DNA of 64,000 nt from Dehalococcoidia bacterium (GTDB taxonomy: Bacteria; Chloroflexota; Dehalococcoidia; DSTF01; JACRBR01). The stretch is from assembly GCA_035632115.1 (NCBI GenBank), contig DASQHL010000156.1, forward strand, positions 694-64,693. The letters are read 5' to 3'. The translations under genes and the position numbers were made by a program. Shown here one piece after another: positions 7,609-16,221 of the stretch; the first letter of the stretch is position 1; every line of letters starts with the position of its first letter. The notes beneath the pieces are model-generated. The model was not told the DNA's origin and did no database searches. It worked only from the letters and a program-made list of their open reading frames with translations.

Positions 7609-9231
7609 TCACAGGGTCATCGTCTGGCGCTGTTCGCCCCAGACGGAGCGGAGGGAGCGGCAGATCTCGCCGAGGGTGACGTACTGTTCCACAGCCTCGA
7701 TGATCAGAGGGATCAGATTGTCGTCGCCGCGGGCGCCGTCCTCCAGCCGCCGCAGAGCCGCATCCACACGGCCGACATCGCGGCCGGCGCGCAGGCGCTG
7801 GAGCTGCGCTTTGCGGCGCGCGCCCACCGTCACGTCGTGCTGGTGCAGGCCGTCGGGCGGCGGCTCATCGTCGACGAACTCGTTGACGCCGACGACGATC
7901 TTGCGGTGGGCCTCGATGTCGCGCTGGATGCGGAAAGCGTTTTCGTGGATCTCCTGCGCCTGGAAGCCGCGCTCCACCGCCGCGAGGGCGCCACCCATTT
8001 CGTCGATGCGGCGCACGTAGTCGAGTGCGTCGCGCTCCACCTCGTCGGTGAGGTGCTCGATGTACCAGGAGCCGGCGACCGGGTCGATGGTGTCGCCGAC
8101 GCCGGTCTCGTAAGCGATGATCTGCTGCGTGCGCAGGGCCAGCTCGGCGGCGTGCTGGCTGGGAAGCGACAGCGCCTCGTCGTAGCTGTTGGTGTGGAGC
8201 GACTGCGTGCCGCCCAGCACGGCGGACATCGCCTGGAGGGCGGTGCGTACGAGGTTGTTGACGGGCTGCTGGGCGGTAAGCGTGGCGCCGCCGGTCTGCG
8301 TGTGAAAGCGCAGCATCATGGAGCGCGGGTCCTTCGCGCCGAAGCGCTCCTTCACCACGCGCGCCCAGATGCGGCGGGCGGCGCGGAACTTGGCGATCTC
8401 CTCGAGGAAGTTGCCGTGGCAGGCGAAGAAGAAGGCGAGCCGGGGTGCGAAGTCATCGATCTTGAGCCCGCGGTCGAGGGCCGCCTGCGTGTACTGGATG
8501 GCATCGGCGATGGTGAAGCCGACCTCCTGCGCAGCGGTGCAGCCGGCCTCGCGCATGTGGTAGCCGCTGATGCTGATGGTGTTCCACTGCGGCAGGTGCT
8601 CGTTGCACCAGGCGAAGACGTCGGTGATCAGGCGGAGGGAGGGGCGAGGCGGGAAGATGTAGGTGCCGCGGGCGATGTACTCCTTGAGGATGTCGTTCTG
8701 CGTCGTGCCGCCCACTTTGGCCAGGTCGGCGCCCTGCTTCTTCGCGACAGCGACGTACAGCGCCAGCAGCACCGCCGCGGTGGCGTTGATCGTCATCGAG
8801 GTGGTCACCGATTCCATGGGGATATCGCGGAAGAGCGTCTCCATGTCGTCGATGGAGCAGATGGAGACGCCGACCTTGCCGACTTCGCCCTCGGCCATCT
8901 CGTCGTCGGGGTCGTAGCCGATCTGCGTTGGAAGGTCGAAGGCAACGGAGATGCCGGTCTGGCCCTGGGAGAGCAAGTACTTGTAGCGGCGGTTGGACTC
9001 CTCGGCGTCGGAGAAGCCGGCGTACTGGCGCATGGTCCAGAAGCGGCCGCGGTACATCGTGGGCTGCACGCCGCGCGTGAACGGATACTCGCCGGGGAAT
9101 CCCAGTTGCTCCAGGTAGTCAAAGCCGTTGAGGTCGGCGGGAGTGTATGCCCGCTTGACGGGCTTGCCGGACGAGGTCTCGAACGGCACGTCGCGTTCGG
9201 GTGGCGGCTTGCGGTCGTTGGATTCGGCCAT
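7609..9231 (-). CDS. Methylmalonyl-CoA mutase family large (substrate-binding) subunit, no fused B12-binding domain; by context candidate ethylmalonyl-CoA mutase
   Basis: 540 aa. Shows typical MCM N-terminal domain motifs ([53 protein letters not shown]). It ends without the C-terminal cobalamin-binding domain. Confidence 0.85.
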   Translation of the reverse strand: MAESNDRKPPPERDVPFETSSGKPVKRAYTPADLNGFDYLEQLGFPGEYPFTRGVQPTMYRGRFWTMRQYAGFSDAEESNRRYKYLLSQGQTGISVAFDLPTQIGYDPDDEMAEGEVGKVGVSICSIDDMETLFRDIPMESVTTSMTINATAAVLLALYVAVAKKQGADLAKVGGTTQNDILKEYIARGTYIFPPRPSLRLITDVFAWCNEHLPQWNTISISGYHMREAGCTAAQEVGFTIADAIQYTQAALDRGLKIDDFAPRLAFFFACHGNFLEEIAKFRAARRIWARVVKERFGAKDPRSMMLRFHTQTGGATLTAQQPVNNLVRTALQAMSAVLGGTQSLHTNSYDEALSLPSQHAAELALRTQQIIAYETGVGDTIDPVAGSWYIEHLTDEVERDALDYVRRIDEMGGALAAVERGFQAQEIHENAFRIQRDIEAHRKIVVGVNEFVDDEPPPDGLHQHDVTVGARRKAQLQRLRAGRDVGRVDAALRRLEDGARGDDNLIPLIIEAVEQYVTLGEICRSLRSVWGEQRQTMTL

Positions 9232-9320
9232 GCGGGAAGTCTACGGAGCGCCCGGTGGCCGGGCAACGTAGCGGGTGGCACGATCGCGTCAAGGGGGAAG
9301 GCGGGAGGCGTGCGACCGGG

Positions 9321-9779
9321 CTACTTCACGGTGATCCGGGCGACCATGCTGGGGTGGACGACGCAGTAATACGTGTAGTCGCCCGGCTTGTCGAAGGTGA
9401 GCGTCTTGCTCTCGCCCTTGTTCAGGATGCCTGTGTCCCAGCTGCCGTCCTTCGCGGTCGCGGAGTGGGGGGCGTCGTCGTAGTTCGTCCACGTCACCTT
9501 CGCGCCGACAGGCACCTGCAGGTTCCCCGGGGCGAAGGCGAAGTTGCGGATCTCGACCTGCTGGCTGGCTGTGCCCGTCGCGAGCGGCGCACCGCTGGTG
9601 TTCGAGCCACCGCCCATCATCATGCCGTGGCTGCCCATGCCAAAGCCCATGCCCCGCCCGCCCCACATGGCGATGCTCAGCATCAGGAGCACTGACAGGA
9701 CGAGCATCACGGCCGCCGCGACGGCGACGACGATGATGGCCTGCGTCTGGGGCCGTTGGCGAGAGGTGGTGTCGTTCAT
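9321..9779 (-). CDS. Cupredoxin (type-1 blue copper protein, plastocyanin/amicyanin-like), membrane-anchored
   Basis: 152 aa. Has an N-terminal TM helix and a Gly/Met-rich linker. The cupredoxin domain carries ...DDAPHS... and YYCVVHPSMV, giving His, Cys, His and Met copper ligands. Confidence 0.8.
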   Translation of the reverse strand: MNDTTSRQRPQTQAIIVVAVAAAVMLVLSVLLMLSIAMWGGRGMGFGMGSHGMMMGGGSNTSGAPLATGTASQQVEIRNFAFAPGNLQVPVGAKVTWTNYDDAPHSATAKDGSWDTGILNKGESKTLTFDKPGDYTYYCVVHPSMVARITVK

Positions 9780-9928
9780 GCGATCAGGGTACCGGCCGGC
9801 GGGGGCGCAGCGCAGGAGACGATCGGCCCAATGCGGGGCGTCCGGACGGCCCGGCTGCAGCCAGGCGTCGCGGCTGCATCCGCTACCATCGTGGGCGACG
9901 GCGGGTGCGATGCGGCGGAGGACGAACC

Positions 9929-10609
9929 ATGGAGCTTGCGAAGCCGCACATCGACGCGGGCCTCTTCACGAACAACACGGCGGCGATGCTGGATTTCTGG
10001 CAGCACGAGGTGGGGCTGGCGTTCGAGGAGGTGTTGCCGATGGGCGGCGGCGTGCGCCAGCATCGGCACGCGATGAACGGCTCCGTGCTGAAGCTCAACT
10101 CCGTGCGCGATCCCATGGCGGAGCAGCCGCCCTGTGGTTATCGGGAGTTGCTGATCGCCGATAATCGCGTGGCCGCACCGAGGGCGCTGGTCGATCCGGA
10201 CGGCAACCGCGTGATGCTGGTGCCGCGCGGGCATGACGGCGTAACGGGGATCCTCGTGCGGCTCGCGGTGCGAGATGAGGAGGCGTTCCATCGCTTCTAC
10301 GGCGAGGCGCTGGAGCTGGAGCGGGCGGGCGAGCGCCGTTACCGATGCGGCGACTCGCTCCTCGAGTTCGGGGCGGACGCCGCAGCGGCCGAGACCGGGC
10401 GGATGCAGGCACGCGGCTATCGCTATCTCACGGTGCAGGTGCGCGACGTCGACGCGGAGCACGCGGGCATCGTGGCGCGCGGTGGCGCGGAGGGCCGGGC
10501 ACCGATCACGCTGGGCACGACGGCGCGCATCTCCTTCGTGCGCGACCCGGACGGCAATTGGATCGAGATCTCGCAGCGGGCATCGCTCACGGGGCCGCTG
10601 CCCGGCTGA
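9929..10609 (+). CDS. VOC / glyoxalase-bleomycin resistance family protein (two-domain)
   Basis: Starts at MELAKPHIDAGLFTNN. Shows VOC-like beta-alpha-beta-beta-beta repeats (VLKLNSV, RVMLVPRG, RYLTVQVRDVD, WIEISQ). Confidence 0.65.
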   Translation: MELAKPHIDAGLFTNNTAAMLDFWQHEVGLAFEEVLPMGGGVRQHRHAMNGSVLKLNSVRDPMAEQPPCGYRELLIADNRVAAPRALVDPDGNRVMLVPRGHDGVTGILVRLAVRDEEAFHRFYGEALELERAGERRYRCGDSLLEFGADAAAAETGRMQARGYRYLTVQVRDVDAEHAGIVARGGAEGRAPITLGTTARISFVRDPDGNWIEISQRASLTGPLPG

Positions 10610-11395
10610 TCAGGGACCGCCGTAGGGCACGACGACCGGCGCCGGCAGCCCAGGCGCATCCAGCACCAGCACCTTCGTGCCGTAGGCGCGGGCGATGTGC
10701 GCGGCCGTCAGCACGCCTGCGGGCGGGCCATCGGCGAGGATGGCGCCGCCGGCCATGAGGGCCACACGGTCGCAGTAGAGCGAGGCGAGCACCAGCTCGT
10801 GAATCGTCACCAGCACAGCGAGGCGCTCGTCCCGCGCGAGTTCACGCAGCAGCAGGAAGACGGAGATCTGGTGGCCAATATCGAGGTTTGCCACCGGCTC
10901 ATCGAGCAGGATCAGGGGCGCCTGCTGGGCGAGGGCGCGCGCGAGCACGACGCGCTGACGCTCGCCGCCGGACAACTCGTCGACGGGACGATCGGCAAGG
11001 GCGAGGGCATCGACGCGGGCGAGGGCGTCGCGGGCGATGCGGTAGTCGTCCGCGCCCTCCTGCTGGAGGAACGAGAGGCGCGGGGTGCGGCCCATGACGG
11101 CGATGTCGAGCGCGGTGTAGCCCGACGGCAGGGCGGGGGACTGCGGCACGACGGCGACGCGGCGAGCGAGATCGCGCCGTGACAGACGCTCGACCGGGGC
11201 GCCGCCGATCACGACACGGCCGGCGTGCCACGGGATCAGCCGGGTGACGGCGCGCAACAGCGTCGTCTTACCACATCCGTTCGGGCCGACGAGGCCGACC
11301 AGCTCGCCGGCCGCCACGGTGAGATCGACGCCGTGCAAGACTGTCCGCGCACCATACGCCACGCGCAGATCGGCGACCTGGAGCATCGTCTCCAT
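10610..11395 (-). CDS. ABC transporter ATP-binding protein, FecE/BtuD iron-siderophore/cobalamin family
   Basis: Walker A GPNGCGKTTLLR, signature LSGGERQRVVLARAL and Walker B LILLDEP. Likely start METMLQV. Confidence 0.85.
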   Translation of the reverse strand: METMLQVADLRVAYGARTVLHGVDLTVAAGELVGLVGPNGCGKTTLLRAVTRLIPWHAGRVVIGGAPVERLSRRDLARRVAVVPQSPALPSGYTALDIAVMGRTPRLSFLQQEGADDYRIARDALARVDALALADRPVDELSGGERQRVVLARALAQQAPLILLDEPVANLDIGHQISVFLLLRELARDERLAVLVTIHELVLASLYCDRVALMAGGAILADGPPAGVLTAAHIARAYGTKVLVLDAPGLPAPVVVPYGGP

Positions 11396-12477
11396 CAGAA
11401 GTATGCCTTCCGCTGGCGACGCAGGAGGTAGAGGAAGAACGGGGCGCCCATGCATGCCGTGACGACGCCGACCGGCAGCTCGCCGGGACTGATCGCGGTG
11501 CGGGCGCCGAGGTCGGCAAGGATCATGAAGCTCGCGCCCAGGAGCGCCGAGAGCGGCAGGAGGCGGCGATAGTCGGGTCCAACGGCCATGCGCACGAGGT
11601 GAGGGACGATGAGGCCGACGAAGCCAACAATCCCAGCGACCGAGACGGCCGCGGCGGCGGCGAGGGAGGCGGCAACCAGCACGACCAGGCGCGTGCGCTC
11701 GACGTTCACGCCGAGCTGCTCGGCCTGGTGTTCATCGAGCTGCATGACGTTGAGCACGCGGCCGTGGAGGAAGATGACGGCGGCCGCGGGGAGGGTATAC
11801 GGCACGATGAACCAGAGCTGGTGCCAGCCGCTGTTGTTGAAGCCGCCAAGCAGCCACGACAGGATGGCGATCGTGTCACGCTGGTGCGCGAGCAAGAGGT
11901 AGGACGTGGCCGATGTGGCGAGCGACGACACCGCGACGCCAGCGAGGATCAGCGTGGTCATTGGCGCTCTGCCGCCGGAGCGCGCGATTCCGTACGTGAG
12001 GAAGACTGCAGCGAGCGCGCCGCCGAATGACGCGATGGTGATGAGGCTCACGGGCCCCCACGACGCCGGCACGGGGCCGACGATGACAATCGTGGCCGCA
12101 AGGCCGGCACCTGCGGCCACGCCGAGGAGGAACGGATCGGCGAGGGGGTTACGGAACACGCCCTGGTAGGCGGCGCCGCTGTACGCCAGCGTACAGCCGA
12201 CGAGAGCGGCCATGATGACGCGGGGGAGGCGGATCTGCCAGACGATGGTATCGGCGAGCGCGGGAGCGCCGACATCGGCTCCGAGCAGGTGGTGCAGCAG
12301 CACGCGCACAACGTCCTGGGGCGCGATGCCGGCCGGTCCGACGATCACGCCGAGCAGGATGGACAGGATCAGGAGGGCGGCGGCCACAGGGTACGCGGCT
12401 ACGTTCGCAGATGGCATGGACCAGTGCGCCGGCGCGTCGGCCGGGCGATCGCCGGTCATGGCCTCCTTCACGGTCAT
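11395..12477 (-). CDS. ABC transporter permease, FecCD/BtuC family
   Basis: 360 aa polytopic membrane protein with the typical FecCD C-terminal GAPFFLYLLRRQRK. Overlaps the ATPase and cbiA stops. Confidence 0.85.
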   Translation of the reverse strand: MTVKEAMTGDRPADAPAHWSMPSANVAAYPVAAALLILSILLGVIVGPAGIAPQDVVRVLLHHLLGADVGAPALADTIVWQIRLPRVIMAALVGCTLAYSGAAYQGVFRNPLADPFLLGVAAGAGLAATIVIVGPVPASWGPVSLITIASFGGALAAVFLTYGIARSGGRAPMTTLILAGVAVSSLATSATSYLLLAHQRDTIAILSWLLGGFNNSGWHQLWFIVPYTLPAAAVIFLHGRVLNVMQLDEHQAEQLGVNVERTRLVVLVAASLAAAAAVSVAGIVGFVGLIVPHLVRMAVGPDYRRLLPLSALLGASFMILADLGARTAISPGELPVGVVTACMGAPFFLYLLRRQRKAYF

Positions 12478-13853
12478 CGCGACCTCCGCGCTACCGGCGC
12501 CCGCGCGTCACTATCGGCGGCCGTGCGCACGAAGCGGGGCGCCAGGCGCGCGTCGGAGCAGAGGTGGATGTGGACGTAGGATGCGAAGATGGCGCCGGCC
12601 GCGTAGCCCTCGTACCGATCGGGCGCGGCGAGACGATACGCGGCGGAGGCCTCGGGTGGCGGCTCGTCCAGGGTCGACCAGTGGAACTCGTGACCACGAA
12701 CCGCTTGGCCGGGCGGGAGGAAGGGGCTGGCGCGAAGCAGCGACGCCTCACGGTACCCGAGCGTTAATCCTCCATCCATGCGTGAGTCGAGTGGCACGAC
12801 CCCGGCCATCGCATGCACGCGACCCTCGAAGTCGAGCAGGCTGCGTCCGAGGTACATGAGGCCGCCGCACTCTCCGTAGATCGGCACGCCGGCACCCGCG
12901 GCGGCGAGCAGCGAGGCGCGCATCGCTTCATTTGCGCTCAACTCATCGGCGAAGAGCTCAGGGAAGCCGCCGCCGATCCAGACGGCGCCGGCACCGGCAG
13001 GTAACACCGGGTCAGCGAGCGGGCTGAACGGGACCACCTCGGCGCCCCAGGCGCTGAGCAGGTCGAGAGCGTCCTGATAGTAGAAGCTGAACGCCCGGTC
13101 GAGGGCGACGGCGATCCGCGCGCTTGCAGGCTCAGGCACCGGCGGGAACAGCACGGGTGGTGCATCGAACCGAACCGGCGCGGCGAGGCGCAGCAATACG
13201 TCGAGATCAAGCGAGTGCTCGACGACCGCCGCGAGCCGGGCGAAGTGATCGCCGGGGACAGTGCCCTCGGTGAACGGCACGAGGCCGAGATGGCGCTCGG
13301 GCAGGCGGATCTCGGGGTCGTCGCGCAGATAGCCAAGAACCGGCAAGCCGGTGGCCTGGCGCACGGGCGGTGCCGCCATTTCGTAATGGGCGCCACCGGC
13401 GATACGGTTGAGCACGACAGCCGCGATGCGGAGATCGGGGTCCAGACGCTGGTATCCGAGCGCGACTGCGGCTGCGCTGCGCGCCATCGCAGAGCCGTCG
13501 ATCACGAGGAGCACGGGCGCGCCAAGCATCTTCGCGAGCTGGGCCGTGCTGCCGTCGTCATCGACGCCGCGGCCGTCGAACAGGCCCATCACCCCCTCAA
13601 CGATGCCGATGTCGCAGGCAGATGACCGGCGCGCGACGAGCTCCCGGATGACGTCAGCCGTGAGGAGCCACGTATCGAGGTTTCGACATGGCGTGTCTGA
13701 TGCCGCCGCGAGGTACGACGGGTCGATGTAGTCCGGGCCGGCCTTGAAGGTCTGGACGCGCAGGCCACGCCGGCGCAGGGCGGCGGCGACGCCAGCCGTC
13801 ACGGTGGTCTTGCCGACACCGCTGTGCGTCCCCGCGATGACGATCAGTTTCAT
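12474..13853 (-). CDS. cbiA: Cobyrinic acid a,c-diamide synthase (CbiA/CobB)
   Basis: N-terminal P-loop IAGTHSGVGKTTVTAG and a C-terminal glutamine amidotransferase domain (GECGGLMYLG). Confidence 0.85.
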   Translation of the reverse strand: MKLIVIAGTHSGVGKTTVTAGVAAALRRRGLRVQTFKAGPDYIDPSYLAAASDTPCRNLDTWLLTADVIRELVARRSSACDIGIVEGVMGLFDGRGVDDDGSTAQLAKMLGAPVLLVIDGSAMARSAAAVALGYQRLDPDLRIAAVVLNRIAGGAHYEMAAPPVRQATGLPVLGYLRDDPEIRLPERHLGLVPFTEGTVPGDHFARLAAVVEHSLDLDVLLRLAAPVRFDAPPVLFPPVPEPASARIAVALDRAFSFYYQDALDLLSAWGAEVVPFSPLADPVLPAGAGAVWIGGGFPELFADELSANEAMRASLLAAAGAGVPIYGECGGLMYLGRSLLDFEGRVHAMAGVVPLDSRMDGGLTLGYREASLLRASPFLPPGQAVRGHEFHWSTLDEPPPEASAAYRLAAPDRYEGYAAGAIFASYVHIHLCSDARLAPRFVRTAADSDARAPVARRSR

Positions 13854-13920
13854 CGCCGAACCCCCGTACGGACGCCGCACGCGCGCCGCCGATCACCACG
13901 CGGTCGCAGCCACGCCGCAC

Positions 13921-14862
13921 TCATCGGTACGGGATCCATTGCGAGCGCCCGTGCGGGCCGGGCGCGATGACGGCCATCGCGCCCTCGGGTGCGGGCGATC
14001 GCCAGGCATCCGGGTGCAGCGCTCGCGCGAGGATGCGCGCGCCGTCCACGATGCGGGGACCGGGGCAGGCGAAGTAGGCGCTGTCCGCAACGAACACCCG
14101 GCGAGAACCGACGGCGTCCAGCTCGCGCCAGTCCGGCAGGGTCTCCAGCAGATCCACTTCACGGAGCGTGCGCGGGACGTCAAAGCTGCAAGGCGCGACG
14201 ATGATCACCTCGGGCGCGGCGTCCACCACGGCCTGCCATTCCACGGGCACGCCGTATTCGCCCGTGCGGCCGATCACTTCCTGGCCCCCGGCGACCGCGA
14301 TCAACTCCGGAACCCAGTGACCCTCACACATCAGCGGCTCGAGCCAGCCGATGTAGAAGGCGCGTGTGCGCGGCAGCGCACCGCACGCATTGGCGACTTC
14401 GGCGAGCTGCTCCTGCATCGACGAACGCAGGTGGCGCGCCTGATCCTCGCGACCGCAGTGGTGGCCGAGTTCCTCGACGCTATCGAGGATCCCGGCCAGG
14501 GAGCCGGCGGAGACGGACACTACGGGGGCGGCGCAGAGCGCGTCGTCGGCCGCCGCGCGGGCTTCGGCGGAGCTGACGGCGCACACTTCGCAGACATCCT
14601 GCGCGATGATCAGATCCGGATGCGCCGCACGGAGGAAGTCGCGGTCGATGTGATACACGCTGCCCGCGCGGTGCAGGTCACCAGCGGCCGCATCGATCTG
14701 CGCGCTCGTCAGGTCATCCGGCAGGCGACTCGTGGATGCCGTCGGCTTCGCGCGTGCCTCCGGCGGATACGTGCAGTCGTCTGACACGCCCGCGAGGTCG
14801 TCGCCGGCGCCCAGGGCGTAGAGGATCTCGGTAGCCGCAGGCAACAGCGAAATGATCCGCAT
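13921..14862 (-). CDS. BtuF-like cobalamin/iron-siderophore binding protein without obvious signal peptide
   Basis: MRIISLLPAATEILYALGAG resembles the BtuF N-terminus. Confidence 0.65.
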   Translation of the reverse strand: MRIISLLPAATEILYALGAGDDLAGVSDDCTYPPEARAKPTASTSRLPDDLTSAQIDAAAGDLHRAGSVYHIDRDFLRAAHPDLIIAQDVCEVCAVSSAEARAAADDALCAAPVVSVSAGSLAGILDSVEELGHHCGREDQARHLRSSMQEQLAEVANACGALPRTRAFYIGWLEPLMCEGHWVPELIAVAGGQEVIGRTGEYGVPVEWQAVVDAAPEVIIVAPCSFDVPRTLREVDLLETLPDWRELDAVGSRRVFVADSAYFACPGPRIVDGARILARALHPDAWRSPAPEGAMAVIAPGPHGRSQWIPYR

Positions 14863-14909
14863 GGATTAGCCTTTCACGCCGGCGCGTGACGCGCGGACCG
14901 TCCGCGCAC

Positions 14910-15878
14910 TCACTTGAAGCGATCGGGATAGATGCACTTCCCGAGCGTCTCCAGGGCGTCAGCGATCCGCGGCCCCGGCTCGCTGACCAGCGAGGAGTTG
15001 ATGACGCAGATGCGGTGGTTCTTCACCGCGGTGATGGCGGACCAGCCGGGGCGGGCCGCGACCGAGGCGGCGGTCACGCCTGCCTCCTCATCGGCCAGCA
15101 CGATCACGTCCGGATTGCGCTGCACGATCACCTCTGACGATAGCTGCGGGTAGGCGTCGGCCGCGCCGGCGGCGATGTTCTGTGCCTTCAGGATGGTGTA
15201 GAAGTCGCCGACGAAGCTGTTGGGCGCGGCGGAATAGTATGTCGAGTCCAGCTCGTGGTAGACCTTCGGCCCGAGGGTGACGTCGCTGACGATTTTCTTG
15301 ACGCCATCGATACGCTGCTGGAGGCCACTGGCCAGCGAGGCGGCTTCGCCGGCGTGGCCAGTGATATCGCCGAAGAGGCGGATCTGGTCAAGCGTGGCGG
15401 AGAGCGAGACCGGCAGCGCCAGATACAGGACGGGTGTGCCGGCGTTACGAAGCGCCGCGACGATGCTGGCGGTGTCGCTGGACACGTACACGAGGTCCGG
15501 GTGGTAGGCGACGATCGCCTCAACGTTCGGCTGGTAGGCGTCGAGGGTGGGCTTGGTCTGGCTACCGGACGGGCAGTTCGCGTACTTCTCGACGGCGACC
15601 AACTGCGCACCCGCGCCGATTGAGCATATGATGTCGGTCGCGTTCGCGGAGAGCGAGACGATGCGCTGGGGAGCGCTGGCCAGTGTGAGCTTCTGGCCAT
15701 CGGCCTCACTCAGGGTCAGGGGAAACGTCGCGTGGGGCGTCGGACTGCTGCCAGGGGCAGGCGTCGCGGTCGGGGCACCGCCTCCGCCGCTGCCGCAGGC
15801 CATGGCGAACGCGGCCGCAAGGGCGAGCAGGATCGCCGTGAGCTTCCATTTTCCGATCGTGAACACGCGCTCCTCCAA
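14910..15878 (-). CDS. Lipoprotein ABC substrate-binding protein (BtuF/FecB family)
   Basis: Lipobox AFAMAC|GSG and the same-family motif RIVSLSANATDIICSIGAG. The TTG at 15878 or a GTG 12 nt downstream could be the start. Confidence 0.75.
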   Translation of the reverse strand: MEERVFTIGKWKLTAILLALAAAFAMACGSGGGGAPTATPAPGSSPTPHATFPLTLSEADGQKLTLASAPQRIVSLSANATDIICSIGAGAQLVAVEKYANCPSGSQTKPTLDAYQPNVEAIVAYHPDLVYVSSDTASIVAALRNAGTPVLYLALPVSLSATLDQIRLFGDITGHAGEAASLASGLQQRIDGVKKIVSDVTLGPKVYHELDSTYYSAAPNSFVGDFYTILKAQNIAAGAADAYPQLSSEVIVQRNPDVIVLADEEAGVTAASVAARPGWSAITAVKNHRICVINSSLVSEPGPRIADALETLGKCIYPDRFK

Positions 15879-15916
15879 CTATCTATTCCGGCCAGCGGCG
15901 TCCGCGCGCCGCTCCG

Positions 15917-15960
15917 CCAGACAACAAAACACCCGGCTCCCTACACGAGGGACCGGGTGA
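15917..15960 (-). terminator. Intrinsic terminator / attenuator of the cobalamin riboswitch expression platform
   Basis: Minus-strand hairpin cacccggtccc-tcgtgta-gggagccgggtg followed by ttttgttgtc. Sits between the riboswitch aptamer and the SBP start. Confidence 0.5.
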
Positions 15961-15989
15961 ACATGCGCTGAACGCGGCGCGGCGTCGTG

Positions 15990-16175
15990 TCCGGCCCCTG
16001 CCTCGGGGGCAACTCTGAACGATGAGGCAGGGGCTGGCGGCCTGGCTCTCCGCGCGAGCGCGGACTACAGTTGCGGGACAGCGCCGGACTTCGACCGGCT
16101 TCGCATTACCTCCGGCCCTTGCGGGCTTCCGCTCGCCGCGGATGGAGGCACCCCTGCTCAAGACATCTTCAATTG
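15990..16175 (-). promoter_or_regulatory. Cobalamin (AdoCbl) riboswitch upstream of the B12 uptake / cbiA operon
   Basis: The minus-strand core reads gcgaaGCCGGTcGAAgTCCGGCGCTGTCCCGCAACTGTag. This matches the consensus ...GGTGNGAANTCCNGCRC.G.CCCGCNACTGT, so the B12 box is present. Upstream AAGGGccGGAgG elements and a downstream 10-bp hairpin (cccctgcctc/gaggcagggg) are present. Confidence 0.75.
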
Positions 16176-16221
16176 GTAACGACTCGGCGAGTATACGCCC
16201 GCTGGCGCGACCGGTCAATGC

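Noticed and set aside
7489-9369. 626-aa plus-strand ORF and nested 7496..8020 ORF
   Set aside because: Antisense to the mutase gene, whose product has unmistakable MCM motifs. The plus-frame translation is compositional noise.
15879-16221. Coding potential in the 340-nt gap between the SBP gene and fdsB
   Set aside because: Short overlapping ORFs (15883..16281 minus, 16022..16276 plus) lack codon periodicity. The region is better explained by the cobalamin riboswitch plus terminator.
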